NCBI GenBank assembly: GCA_032718475.1
Contig: JAUCBJ010002550.1
Span: forward strand, 22,653 to 86,652
DNA: 64,000 bases
DNA from: Nemertoderma westbladi
Lineage: Eukaryota > Animalia > Xenacoelomorpha
Reading direction: 5' to 3'
Position numbers and translations under genes: made by a program. This document shows, piece by piece, positions 46,042 to 60,632 of this stretch. Position 1 is the first letter of the stretch; every line of letters begins with the position of its first letter. The notes under the pieces are model-generated. The model was not told the origin of the DNA. It was given only the letters and a program-made list of their open reading frames with translations, and made no database searches.

Positions 46042-48659
46042 TTGCTTTCCCAAATAATTTAACACGATATCACAATCTTCTTACTACTAATAGTACTTAA
46101 CTAATTATGTTTATGCTAATTATTTATCAACCTATTATTGCCACATGGGTGGGTGGGTGGATGGGAATGTGGGAAGGTGCCTGCTGGTTGTTTATTGTTT
46201 TGGTTAGAAAAGTCAGCCGAGGTAACATTCTCCTTTCCCTCAATTGGTAGGTAACAAAATCGTTTATTGTTTTGGTTAGAAAACCCTGTCTCTGTAACCT
46301 GCTCCTTTCCCTCAATTTGTAGGCAATAACGTCGTTTATTGTTTTGGTTAGAAATTACAGCCGCTGTAACCAGCTCTTTTCCTTCAATTGGAAGGTAACA
46401 ACAGCGTTTATTAATTCCCACATTCCCACCCACCTTCCCATATTCCTTTAACATCTGGGTATACTGTAAACTCCACCGTATCAGCTGGCAATATGGGGCA
46501 TGTTAAGTGTTTCTTCATATACACACTACACAGTAGGCCTAGAGAGATACCCCTTCCTGCCTTCCCTTTAGCTGTTTAGCGTAACAAAACTTAATCCTAT
46601 ATCGCATTTTTAATATATAATAATATGCCTTTGTGCATTAGATGCATACCGGTATGCCTGTACTGCTACGTCATATGATGATATTGATACGTAACAGGGC
46701 AACGTGAAACGTGATCCCCTATTCAGTATTGGCTATTTACCTAACAGACAGTTAGGTAAATATTATATCTCTGTCTCCTGATTGGTTATAGGATCAGATG
46801 CTGTCAGATCAGATCAGATAAGGACAGACGTTTTATTCTACATCCTCCTTTAAGATGCGTCTCACGAAAGTCATAGGCTGTCCACCATGCTTATTCACTC
46901 CATGATGCTGCCAAAGCACAAGATTATGCACTGGCTGGTCCTCACGGCGAAAGCAATGTCCTGCAAAGCGGAGGCAGCTTTGTTCTAGTGTCAAGCTTTG
47001 GGGGGACTAATGAGACACCTCCAATGTTATATAGTGCCTGGTTGGGGCTGTGCATTGTATGCATGTATCTCACCCACTTGTCAGTGGGTGAGAACTTTGA
47101 ACCACGTTTGTTGTATTAAATTAACCATCCTCACCTTACATATAACTGTATAATGTTATTTAAATACATTCAATTAAGAAGAAATGTTTCCATGCACTCA
47201 TCTCCAACCAGATGCCAGATCCTGGTTGGATGGCAATTGTATTGTAACACATCCAATACATCCCCCCAGGCTTGACACTGTAACAAAGCTGCCTCCGCTT
47301 TACAGCACATTGTGAATACCAGGCAGTGCACGATCTTGTTCTGTTGGGACGCCTCTTGAAGTACTAGGGCCTTGGGGATGTGTGAGTCATGGGTGAAGCG
47401 AGTTATGGCGCAATTTTGTTGATAAACCTGCACTGCACACCATTCTTAATGTAGTTGCAATGCAGCATCCTGATTATAGGTGGAGTTAAGTTTGAGCGCT
47501 TCACTTATAAATCTCATAGTATATTTGATACCAATAGCTACTTCTCCACCTACCTAAACAACATTCATAGTTCGTTGATAATGCGTAAAGGTCATTGTAA
47601 AGCTCTCGGCATCACAATGAGATAATCACAATGTGTTTATTTCTACATCCAGAATCTACTCTGTCGTCTGCTAATCCGCAAATCAATCATATCATAATCC
47701 TACCAAGAAGGATTATGAGACGGCTTACTATAATGACGTCATTCTAATTGTTTGCTACTATAATAATATTTAATATTGAAACTCCCCCAACTATCGCCGC
47801 TCCTATTCAGCCTTTTTGTCGCCGATCTACCCAATATAATATTTGCAACCAGCTGTCTAATGTTCATGTATGCAGATGATGTTGCTATCACGGGAAATTC
47901 CATCAAATAGCTCCGGGTCTGTCTAGATAAACTTGAAACATACTGTAAAGATCTAATCTACTACTATCTAATAGTAAACAAGTCTAAAACGAAAGCAATG
48001 AAATTCCGCCGTGGTGGCAGATTGTGTCGAGATCTTACTTACCAATGGACCCAAATAGAGTTTGTAAATTCTTTTGAGTATCTTGGGGTAGTTCTGACCC
48101 CAACCCAACAATCTCAGCATCTGGCCACTATCGCCACCTACACAAATGTGGTTCATCTGCCTGCATGATGAAATCATCCAATCTAATGTAAATCTCAACA
48201 TTATAGCCTTATCTACAGCCGAGAGATTATGGAAACAGGTAATTCTCTCGGCGTCGACTTATGGATGCAGTGTCTACGGTGTGGAACCAGAGATTGTCAG
48301 CTGTCTACCACACGTACAATTAGTAGGGATGTGGCGAATGTCCGCATCCGCATCCACGGATATCCGCATGATTTTTCGCATCCGCATCCGCACCCATGAC
48401 ATGCGGATGTTACATGCACTATTCAACCATCCCGTCTGAAGGCCCAGCAACCACTCAATTAAATTTGCAATAATAATTAGTTTTTCCCTTATGAAATTAT
48501 TTTTATTTTATCTTAAAATTACACTAAATACTAAAAATACACTAACACTCGACGGGAACAATATAAAAAATGTTTGGTGTATTGTTGTTTTGTTATATTA
48601 TGTCCCGTTCTGTTCTATAACCTTAGACTCTTGTTAGTTTATTAATATAAGATTAGAAT

Positions 48660-50270
48660 ACTACTACTAGGTCGAGCGAACTCGGACAGTGGAAATGAGA
48701 TCCTTCCAGGCTTCCCGATTCTCCATAGTTGTCGCAATTTCGTTTCTCCCAAGTTCAGTATCCCTTTCAAGTTGATCTATATATGTTATGGCAGGTCGTC
48801 CACGACTACGCTTTCCATGAGTTGGTTGCCAGAGAAGTAGATCTGGTATGACCTTGTCTTTACTTCGCCAGCAGTGCCCACTGAATCTTAATCTGCGTTC
48901 ATGGAGGGTGGTTGATACAGGTGGTAGTGTACCATAATGCTCGGCGTTTGCCATGTGTTGTCTCCAGCTGATGTTTAGGGCTGCCCTTAGTAGTCTTGTG
49001 TAGCAACCATCAATTCGTTGTTCAAGTGATTTAGTCAGTGTCCAGGTCTCACCCCCGTATAAAAATACACTTTCCACTGTGGCTCGAAAGAACTTAGTCT
49101 TCAGGTGCCTGGAGAGATCTGATTTCTACGGAACCCATAAGGGTCACCCTTTCGCGTGTGCATGTGCATTCCTAAAAAATTGCTAAAGCTGTCTATGTGA
49201 GTGTTTACCTCTGTGTGTGAGTGTATAGCTCTGTGTGTGAGTGTTTACCTCTGTGTGTGAGTGTATACCTCTGTGTGTGAGTGTATACCTCTGTGTGTGA
49301 GTGTATACCTCTGTGTGTGAGTGTATAGGCCCATAAGGGTCTCCCTTTACGTGCGTGCACACAAATGACATTTGATTATTGGAGGGTAATTTAAATATCT
49401 TGTTTTTACCTACTACTGAATTAACTGTACCGGTACCTACTGCAGTACTGACTTATTGGATATTACTGTATTACACTAATACTATTACACTAATACAGAT
49501 TAATACTGCAGTACCTGAGTCCTGTATGGAATCCAATAGGTCAGTCTGTCAGTAGGTATTAGTTATAGTTACAGTTAATTCAGTATCAGTACAGCAATAC
49601 GAAGGCCCTGGTAGTAGGTAAAAACAAGATAGGCCTATTTAAATTACCCTCCAATAATCAAATTTCATTTGTTTGCACGCACGTAAAGGGTGACCCTTAT
49701 GGGCCTATACACTCACACACAGAGGTATACACTCACACAGACAGCTTTAGCCATTTTTTAGGAAAGAACACGCAGACGCGAAAGGGTGACCCTTTTGGGC
49801 CTATACACTCACACACAGAGGTAAACACTCACACACAGAGCTATACACTCACACACAGAGGTAAACAGTAAACACTCACATAGACAGCTTTAGCAATTTT
49901 TTAGGAATGCACACGCACACGCGAAAGGGTGACCCTTATGGGCTTCCGTAGATTTCCAGATGGTATCCATTTTTGATAGAGCTACCCAAGCCTTTGCTTT
50001 CCTAACTTCTATGTCCTTTTTGCTACTCTCTATCCATGATCCAAGGTACTGGAAGTCATCGACCTTCCTTATTATCAATGGTTGTCAAGTTTCCATCAAC
50101 ATTAAAGGTCATGAATTCGGTCTTGGTAGCATTTATATGCAATCCAACCTCCTTGGCAGCCCTCTCCACTTTATTTAGTAGAAGCTGTGCATCTGCTAGC
50201 GTATTAGAGAGCAGTCTGTAGACAGCAATCTGTGACTGTAGTTGCCAGATATCTACTACTGGGCGGGGCT
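48660..50270 (-). mobile_element. RTE-clade LINE 3' fragment nested in the hAT element
   Basis: DDFQYLGSWI, IWK|SDLSRHLK, ESVFLYGGETWTL, RRLRFSGHCWR, RSRGRP. Confidence 0.88.
49127..49950. mobile_element. Non-autonomous IS3EU-like foldback element
   Basis: Termini TACGG...CCGTA, 6-bp TSD GATTTC (49121-49126; 49951-49956), long inverted arms with 20-bp GTGTGAGTGTATACCTCTGT repeats. Confidence 0.82.
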
Positions 50271-50912
50271 TGTATCATCTCTAATGCAGATGCGTATCAA
50301 GCCTTTGCCTTCAATGGTGCCCTAGGCGCTATAGCCCTCAATGACTTATTTAGTTGACGGGGCTGAACCAACCCACTCTTGATCAACTAAATAATGAATA
50401 GGCTATGCTTATCGGGCCTGCCCTACTGGGCTGACAGCTACAGGTAGTACCACATTACTGCCATAGTGGTAGCAGGATCTGGGGACCTGACCTGACCTGA
50501 AGATTAGAATATAATATTAAAATGCTGGTATAACCTTGATGTAAAAGGGAGACCCGGCAAAAATATGTGTTTTAATAGACATCCGCATCCGTGCGAATGT
50601 CACCTCAGACATCTGCATCCGCATCTGCATCCGCGGATGTTAAAAATATGACATTCGCAACATCCCTAACAATTAGTAAGAAGTTTCTTCTGGAAACTGT
50701 GGTGTGGTATAAGCAAATACGCCTCTACCTCTGCTATACTAGATGCCATTGACCGCCAGCCCGATATTAGCGATACAACTATCTCACTAGGCCCCCTACC
50801 CGGATATAGACGCAGGGCCGCAGTTCAGATCTCTCCAATGGATCTCATCACAAGATCAGGCCAGGCGTCAGACAAGGATCCCACCACAACCTGTGCCGAA
50901 ATTCCAATCTCT

Positions 50913-53900
50913 GCGTCAACCTTTAAACGTCCACTATATTTATATGCACTCCGTCAACCTTTAAACGTCCACTATATTTATATGCACTCCGTCAACCTTT
51001 AAACGTCCACTATATTTATATGCACTCCGTCAACCTTTAAACGTCCACTATATTTATATGCACTCCGTCAACCTTTAAACGTCCACTATATTTATATGCA
51101 CTCCGTCAACCTTTAAACGTCCACTATATTTATATGCACTCCGTCAACCTTTAAACGTGCACTTTATTTATATGCACTCCGTCAACCTTTAAACGTGCAC
51201 TTTATTTATATGCACTCCGTCAACCTTTAAACGTCCACTATATTTATATGCACTCCGTCAACCTTTAAACGTCCACTATATTTATATGCACTCCATCAAC
51301 CTTTAAACGTCCACTATATTTATATGCACTCCGTCAACCTTTAAACGTGCACTTTATTTATATGCACTCCGTCAACCTTTAAACGTCCACTATATTTATA
51401 TGCACTCCGTCAACCTTTAAACGTCCACTATATTTATATGCACTCCGTCAACCTTTAAACGTCCACTATATTTATATGCACTCCGTCAACCTTTAAACGT
51501 GCACTTTATTTATATGCACTCCGTCAACCTTTAAACGTCCACTATATTTATATGCACTCCGTCAACCTTTAAACGTCCACTATATTTATATGCACTCCGT
51601 CAACCTTTAAACGTGCACTTTATTTATATGCACTCCGTCAACCTTTAAACGTGCACTTTATTTATATGCACTCCGTCAACCTTTAAACGTGCACTTTATT
51701 TATATGCACTCCGTCAACCTTTAAACGTGCACTTTATTTATATGCACTCCGTCAACCTTTAAACGTGCACTTTATTTATATGCACTCCGTCAACCTTTAA
51801 ACGTCCACTATATTTATATGCACTCCGTCAACCTTTAAACGTCCACTATATTTATATGCACTCCGTCAACCTTTAAACGTGCACTTTATTTATATGCACT
51901 CCGTCAACCTTTAAACGTCCACTATATTTATATGCACTCCGTCAACCTTTAAACGTGCACTTTATTTATATGCACTCCGTCAACCTTTAAACGTGCACTT
52001 TATTTATATGCACTCCGTCAACCTTTAAACGTCCACTATATTTATATGCACTCCGTCAACCTTTAAACGTCCACTATATTTATATGCACTCCGTCAACCT
52101 TTAAACGTCCACTATATTTATATGCACTCCGTCAACCTTTAAACGTCCACTATATTTATATGCACTCCGTCAACCTTTAAACGTCCACTATATTTATATG
52201 CACTCCGTCAACCTTTAAACGTGCACTTTATTTATATGCACTCCGTCAACCTTTAAACGTGCACTTTATTTATATGCACTCCGTCAACCTTTAAACGTCC
52301 ACTATATTTATATGCACTCCGTCAACCTTTAAACGTGCACTTTATTTATATGCACTCCGTCAACCTTTAAACGTGCACTTTATTTATATGCACTCCGTCA
52401 ACCTTTAAACGTGCACTTTATTTATATGCACTCCGTCAACCTTTAAACGTGCACTTTATTTATATGCACTCCGTCAACCTTTAAACGTGCACTTTATTTA
52501 TATGCACTCCGTCAACCTTTAAACGTGCACTTTATTTATATGCACTCCGTCAACCTTTAAACGTGCACTTTATTTATATGCACTCCGTCAACCTTTAAAC
52601 GTGCACTTTATTTATATGCACTCCGTCAACCTTTAAACGTGCACTTTATTTATATGCACTCCGTCAACCTTTAAACGTGCACTTTATTTATATGCACTCC
52701 GTCAACCTTTAAACGTGCACTTTATTTATATGCACTCCGTCAACCTTTAAACGTGCACTTTATTTATATGCACTCCGTCAACCTTTAAACGTGCACTTTA
52801 TTTATATGCACTCCGTCAACCTTTAAACGTGCACTTTATTTATATGCACTCCGTCAACCTTTAAACGTGCACTTTATTTATATGCACTCCGTCAACCTTT
52901 AAACGTCCACTATATTTATATGCACTCCGTCAACCTTTAAACGTGCACTTTATTTATATGCACTCCGTCAACCTTTAAACGTGCACTTTATTTATATGCA
53001 CTCCGTCAACCTTTAAACGTGCACTTTATTTATATGCACTCCGTCAACCTTTAAACGTGCACTTTATTTATATGCACTCCGTCAACCTTTAAACGTGCAC
53101 TTTATTTATATGCACTCCGTCAACCTTTAAACGTGCACTTTATTTATATGCACTCCGTCAACCTTTAAACGTGCACTTTATTTATATGCACTCCGTCAAC
53201 CTTTAAACGTCCACTATATTTATATGCACTCCGTCAACCTTTAAACGTCCACTATATTTATATGCACTCCGTCAACCTTTAAACGTGCACTTTATTTATA
53301 TGCACTCCGTCAACCTTTAAACGTGCACTTTATTTATATGCACTCCGTCAACCTTTAAACGTGCACTTTATTTATATGCACTCCGTCAACCTTTAAACGT
53401 GCACTTTATTTATATGCACTCCGTCAACCTTTAAACGTGCACTTTATTTATATGCACTCCGTCAACCTTTAAACGTGCACTTTATTTATATGCACTCCGT
53501 CAACCTTTAAACGTCCACTATATTTATATGCACTCCGTCAACCTTTAAACGTGCACTTTATTTATATGCACTCCGTCAACCTTTAAACGTCCACTATATT
53601 TATATGCACTCCGTCAACCTTTAAACGTGCACTTTATTTATATGCACTCCGTCAACCTTTAAACGTGCACTTTATTTATATGCACTCCGTCAACCTTTAA
53701 ACGTGCACTTTATTTATATGCACTCCGTCAACCTTTAAACGTGCACTTTATTTATATGCACTCCGTCAACCTTTAAACGTGCACTTTATTTATATGCACT
53801 CCGTCAACCTTTAAACGTCCACTATATTTATATGCACTCCGTCAACCTTTAAACGTCCACTATATTTATATGCACTCCGTCAACCTTTAAACGTGCACTT

Positions 53901-56900
53901 TATTTATATGCACTCCGTCAACCTTTAAACGTGCACTTTATTTATATGCACTCCGTCAACCTTTAAACGTGCACTTTATTTATATGCACTCCGTCAACCT
54001 TTAAACGTGCACTTTATTTATATGCACTCCGTCAACCTTTAAACGTGCACTTTATTTATATGCACTCCGTCAACCTTTAAACGTCCACTATATTTATATG
54101 CACTCCGTCAACCTTTAAACGTCCACTATATTTATATGCACTCCGTCAACCTTTAAACGTGCACTTTATTTATATGCACTCCGTCAACCTTTAAACGTCC
54201 ACTATATTTATATGCACTCCGTCAACCTTTAAACGTCCACTTTATTTATATGCACTCCGTCAACCTTTAAACGTCCACTATATTTATATGCACTCCGTCA
54301 ACCTTTAAACGTGCACTTTATTTATATGCACTCCGTCAACCTTTAAACGTGCACTTTATTTATATGCACTCCGTCAACCTTTAAACGTCCACTATATTTA
54401 TATGCACTCCGTCAACCTTTAAACGTGCACTTTATTTATATGCACTCCGTCAACCTTTAAACGTGCACTTTATTTATATGCACTCCGTCAACCTTTAAAC
54501 GTCCACTATATTTATATGCACTCCGTCAACCTTTAAACGTCCACTATATTTATATGCACTCCGTCAACCTTTAAACGTCCACTATATTTATATGCACTCC
54601 GTCAACCTTTAAACGTCCACTATATTTATATGCACTCCGTCAACCTTTAAACGTCCACTATATTTATATGCACTCCGTCAACCTTTAAACGTGCACTTTA
54701 TTTATATGCACTCCGTCAACCTTTAAACGTGCACTTTATTTATATGCACTCCGTCAACCTTTAAACGTGCACTTTATTTATATGCACTCCGTCAACCTTT
54801 AAACGTGCACTTTATTTATATGCACTCCGTCAACCTTTAAACGTGCACTTTATTTATATGCACTCCGTCAACCTTTAAACGTGCACTTTATTTATATGCA
54901 CTCCGTCAACCTTTAAACGTGCACTTTATTTATATGCACTCCGTCAACCTTTAAACGTGCACTTTATTTATATGCACTCCGTCAACCTTTAAACGTGCAC
55001 TTTATTTATATGCACTCCGTCAACCTTTAAACGTGCACTTTATTTATATGCACTCCGTCAACCTTTAAACGTGCACTTTATTTATATGCACTCCGTCAAC
55101 CTTTAAACGTGCACTTTATTTATATGCACTCCGTCAACCTTTAAACGTGCACTTTATTTATATGCACTCCGTCAACCTTTAAACGTCCACTATATTTATA
55201 TGCACTCCGTCAACCTTTAAACGTCCACTATATTTATATGCACTCCGTCAACCTTTAAACGTGCACTTTATTTATATGCACTCCGTCAACCTTTAAACGT
55301 GCACTTTATTTATATGCACTCCGTCAACCTTTAAACGTGCACTTTATTTATATGCACTCCGTCAACCTTTAAACGTGCACTTTATTTATATGCACTCCGT
55401 CAACCTTTAAACGTGCACTTTATTTATATGCACTCCGTCAACCTTTAAACGTCCACTATATTTATATGCACTCCGTCAACCTTTAAACGTCCACTATATT
55501 TATATGCACTCCGTCAACCTTTAAACGTGCACTTTATTTATATGCACTCCGTCAACCTTTAAACGTCCACTATATTTATATGCACTCCGTCAACCTTTAA
55601 ACGTGCACTTTATTTATATGCACTCCGTCAACCTTTAAACGTGCACTTTATTTATATGCACTCCGTCAACCTTTAAACGTCCACTATATTTATATGCACT
55701 CCGTCAACCTTTAAACGTCCACTATATTTATATGCACTCCGTCAACCTTTAAACGTCCACTATATTTATATGCACTCCGTCAACCTTTAAACGTCCACTA
55801 TATTTATATGCACTCCGTCAACCTTTAAACGTCCACTATATTTATATGCACTCCGTCAACCTTTAAACGTCCACTATATTTATATGCACTCCGTCAACCT
55901 TTAAACGTCCACTATATTTATATGCACTCCGTCAACCTTTAAACGTGCACTTTATTTATATGCACTCCGTCAACCTTTAAACGTGCACTTTATTTATATG
56001 CACTCCGTCAACCTTTAAACGTCCACTATATTTATATGCACTCCGTCAACCTTTAAACGTCCACTATATTTATATGCACTCCGTCAACCTTTAAACGTCC
56101 ACTATATTTATATGCACTCCGTCAACCTTTAAACGTGCACTTTATTTATATGCACTCCGTCAACCTTTAAACGTCCACTATATTTATATGCACTCCGTCA
56201 ACCTTTAAACGTCCACTATATTTATATGCACTCCGTCAACCTTTAAACGTGCACTTTATTTATATGCACTCCGTCAACCTTTAAACGTGCACTTTATTTA
56301 TATGCACTCCGTCAACCTTTAAACGTCCACTATATTTATATGCACTCCGTCAACCTTTAAACGTCCACTATATTTATATGCACTCCGTCAACCTTTAAAC
56401 GTGCACTTTATTTATATGCACTCCGTCAACCTTTAAACGTGCACTTTATTTATATGCACTCCGTCAACCTTTAAACGTCCACTATATTTATATGCACTCC
56501 GTCAACCTTTAAACGTCCACTATATTTATATGCACTCCGTCAACCTTTAAACGTGCACTTTATTTATATGCACTCCGTCAACCTTTAAACGTGCACTTTA
56601 TTTATATGCACTCCGTCAACCTTTAAACGTGCACTTTATTTATATGCACTCCGTCAACCTTTAAACGTCCACTATATTTATATGCACTCCGTCAACCTTT
56701 AAACGTGCACTTTATTTATATGCACTCCGTCAACCTTTAAACGTCCACTATATTTATATGCACTCCGTCAACCTTTAAACGTCCACTATATTTATATGCA
56801 CTCCGTCAACCTTTAAACGTCCACTATATTTATATGCACTCCGTCAACCTTTAAACGTCCACTATATTTATATGCACTCCGTCAACCTTTAAACGTGCAC

Positions 56901-58745
56901 TTTATTTATATGCACTCCGTCAACCTTTAAACGTCCACTATATTTATATGCACTCCGTCAACCTTTAAACGTCCACTATATTTATATGCACTCCGTCAAC
57001 CTTTAAACGTGCACTTTATTTATATGCACTCCGTCAACCTTTAAACGTCCACTATATTTATATGCACTCCGTCAACCTTTAAACGTCCACTATATTTATA
57101 TGCACTCCGTCAACCTTTAAACGTGCACTTTATTTATATGCACTCCGTCAACCTTTAAACGTCCACTATATTTATATGCACTCCGTCAACCTTTAAACGT
57201 CCACTATATTTATATGCACTCCGTCAACCTTTAAACGTCCACTATATTTATATGCACTCCGTCAACCTTTAAACGTCCACTATATTTATATGCACTCCGT
57301 CAACCTTTAAACGTCCACTATATTTATATGCACTCCGTCAACCTTTAAACGTCCACTATATTTATATGCACTCCGTCAACCTTTAAACGTGCACTTTATT
57401 TATATGCACTCCGTCAACCTTTAAACGTCCACTATATTTATATGCACTCCGTCAACCTTTAAACGTCCACTATATTTATATGCACTCCGTCAACCTTTAA
57501 ACGTCCACTATATTTATATGCACTCCGTCAACCTTTAAACGTCCACTATATTTATATGCACTCCGTCAACCTTTAAACGTCCACTATATTTATATGCACT
57601 CCGTCAACCTTTAAACGTCCACTATATTTATATGCACTCCGTCAACCTTTAAACGTGCACTTTATTTATATGCACTCCGTCAACCTTTAAACGTCCACTA
57701 TATTTATATGCACTCCGTCAACCTTTAAACGTCCACTATATTTATATGCACTCCGTCAACCTTTAAACGTCCACTATATTTATATGCACTCCGTCAACCT
57801 TTAAACGTCCACTATATTTATATGCACTCCGTCAACCTTTAAACGTCCACTATATTTATATGCACTCCGTCAACCTTTAAACGTCCACTATATTTATATG
57901 CACTCCGTCAACCTTTAAACGTCCACTATATTTATATGCACTCCGTCAACCTTTAAACGTCCACTATATTTATATGCACTCCGTCAACCTTTAAACGTGC
58001 ACTTTATTTATATGCACTCCGTCAACCTTTAAACGTGCACTTTATTTATATGCACTCCGTCAACCTTTAAACGTGCACTTTATTTATATGCACTCCGTCA
58101 ACCTTTAAACGTGCACTTTATTTATATGCACTCCGTCAACCTTTAAACGTCCACTATATTTATATGCACTCCGTCAACCTTTAAACGTCCACTATATTTA
58201 TATGCACTCCGTCAACCTTTAAACGTCCACTATATTTATATGCACTCCGTCAACCTTTAAACGTCCACTATATTTATATGCACTCCGTCAACCTTTAAAC
58301 GTCCACTATATTTATATGCACTCCGTCAACCTTTAAACGTGCACTTTATTTATATGCACTCCGTCAACCTTTAAACGTCCACTATATTTATATGCACTCC
58401 GTCAACCTTTAAACGTCCACTATATTTATATGCACTCCGTCAACCTTTAAACGTGCACTTTATTTATATGCACTCCGTCAACCTTTAAACGTGCACTTTA
58501 TTTATATGCACTCCGTCAACCTTTAAACGTCCACTATATTTATATGCACTCCGTCAACCTTTAAACGTCCACTATATTTATATGCACTCCGTCAACCTTT
58601 AAACGTGCACTATATTTATATGCACTCCGTCAACCTTTAAACGTGCACTTTATTTATATGCACTCCGTCAACCTTTAAACCTGCACTATATTTATATGCA
58701 CTCCGTCAACCTTTAAACGTCCACTATATTTATATGCACTCCGTA
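50913..58745. repeat. 38-bp tandem satellite, ~206 copies, two variant units
   Basis: CCGTCAACCTTTAAACGT[C/G]CACT[A/T]TATTTATATGCACT; the pattern recurs every 1140 bp = 30 units. Confidence 0.98.
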
Positions 58746-60295
58746 ACTCTATTTTACGTAACTCTTATTTTACTAAATCGCTCATTTTAATCAATTTCCA
58801 TATATATTTTATGTTTTAAAATCCTACTTAACTTACCTAGTATATTTGGGTCCTATCTATTTATTATTTTATGTGGTACAGTAGAAACCTTAACCCAGGG
58901 TGGTAAAATAAACGTCCTTATATTTCATAATATTAAATATTATTAACTTTGGTTGGGTGCCCTATCTAAGTCGCAGATGATAAGAATATAGAATACAATG
59001 GTACTCTACTCAGTCAGCTACCTGTATGTGGAAGAGCCTTCTGATATTGATTGACCTTTAATATTACTGAAATTAATTAATTATATAACCAGTAGTATAA
59101 ACCCTGTCGACTTAACAGGATGCTCCATTGCACAATATGATATAGTGTATAATTTTTGGTGACCTATTAATATTATACCCAACTTTTATGCAACTGCAAC
59201 TTTTAAGGGGTTGGGACAATGCAACAGTTCTACAAATTAATAAGTGGATCGGTGATGATGCGGTATAATTCCTATAATCTGAATGATAATCACCACCATC
59301 GAATATGAAAATTGGGTTGATACCTGGTTATTTACTTCGTAAGCTGAACCAAAGTCCATTAATATGGTAATATTATTAATAGCATGAATTGCATATATCT
59401 TTGTTACTCTTACTTTATGGTTCCTTCGTAATTATATGTGATATGTTTATTGTTTCCTCTCTCCGCCGTAAGAATGCTTCGTATTATTGAGGATATTGAC
59501 CACGCCCTTGTGCCCACTAGCACTGCACTGTGGTGGATCTCTGGTATTTCACCCTCAATAATCGAATGAATGCTTCCCCATCGCCGCATCCTATTTCTGT
59601 AAAGTGACAGCTTTCCGTCCACGGGGTTGCCGGTATCCCATTAAAGTTTCATTAACAATTCACGCTCTTCTAATTCCCTCGTTGTTTTCTTAGGTAAACA
59701 TTATTAACGACTAAGAACGTCTCGTTTTCTCCGGATTTTGCCGCGCCCAGTTAGTTATCGCTATCGTAGGCCGTTGCAAACGCAATTAACTCCTATAGTA
59801 CACCACCATGTCTACCATATAGATAACTAGAAAATGAATAACATTCAAAATATAAGGCATTTGGTCCCCTTGTGGCGGCCTATTGAAATTGAACACGTAA
59901 AATTTAGTACCTCATATTTTGTTTAAGATTATTCCCTAAGGTTTTAGCAGGAGTAGGTGTCGGAGTGGATACTGCGCCTGAACTGCTCCCGCAGTAGTAT
60001 TTAGCGGCACAGGGGTGTGAAGAGCTAAGGGTGTGAAGAGCGGGTTGGGTACTTGTGGAGTGTTCAACCTTGGCAGTCAGTACGGTACCCTATCCGCCTT
60101 AAAAAGGTAACTGCCAAGAGAGAGGTGCCTTCGGGTTGCCTCCGGTTTTCGTGCCTCTCACATTTACCGATACTTTTTTTAGCAGATAAATTAACTTTTA
60201 ACACAGACTGTTTGTGGTTTGAAATATCCTGAACCGGTCAATTCGTGCCATATAATTCCTACTCATAATAAAATTATGTTAATTGTTTATATTCA

Positions 60296-60632
60296 GACCC
60301 GTACAATTCCGACCCGGGCAACGCCGACCCGGGCAACTCCGACCCGTACAATTCCGACCCGGGCAACTTTAAACGGAAAAAGTTTAGTCCCACTGATAAT
60401 AGGATGACGACATTTTCATGGGTCGGAAATGCCACAATCTTTATTTATCTGTATGTGAGACAATGTATCGGTGTGGTTTAACAATCACTTACTGATGGAT
60501 ATAATGCCACAATCTTTATTTATCTGTATGTGAATGGTGTGGTTTAACAATCACTTACTGATGGATATAATGCCACAATCTTTATTTATCTGTATGTGAA
60601 TGGTGTGGTTTAACAATCACTTACTGATGGAT
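60296..60632. repeat. 15-bp repeats (CCGACCCGGGCAACT; MITE-terminus-like) followed by a 66-bp tandem repeat x3
   Basis: Directly visible; ATGCCACAATC period of 66 (60504, 60570). Confidence 0.75.

Larger units (their letters stand above)
48324..50668. mobile_element. Non-autonomous hAT DNA transposon
   Basis: TIRs TAGGGATGTGGCGAATGTC / GACATTCGCAACATCCCTA; 8-bp TSD ACAATTAG (48316-48323; 50669-50676); subterminal CCGCAT repeats. Confidence 0.9.
47480..50912 (+). mobile_element. Decayed non-LTR retrotransposon RT fragment, split by a hAT MITE
   Basis: MYADDVAI, LIVNKSKTKAMKFRRGG, IEFVNSFEYLGV at ~47860-48095; sequence resumes after the TSD at 50669. Confidence 0.7.

Noticed and set aside
50913-58745. 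CRISPR-like array
   Set aside because: Head-to-tail repeats with no unique spacers and no cas genes, in a eukaryotic context.
59410-59622. 70-aa minus-strand ORF
   Set aside because: No recognisable motif; cannot be supported.
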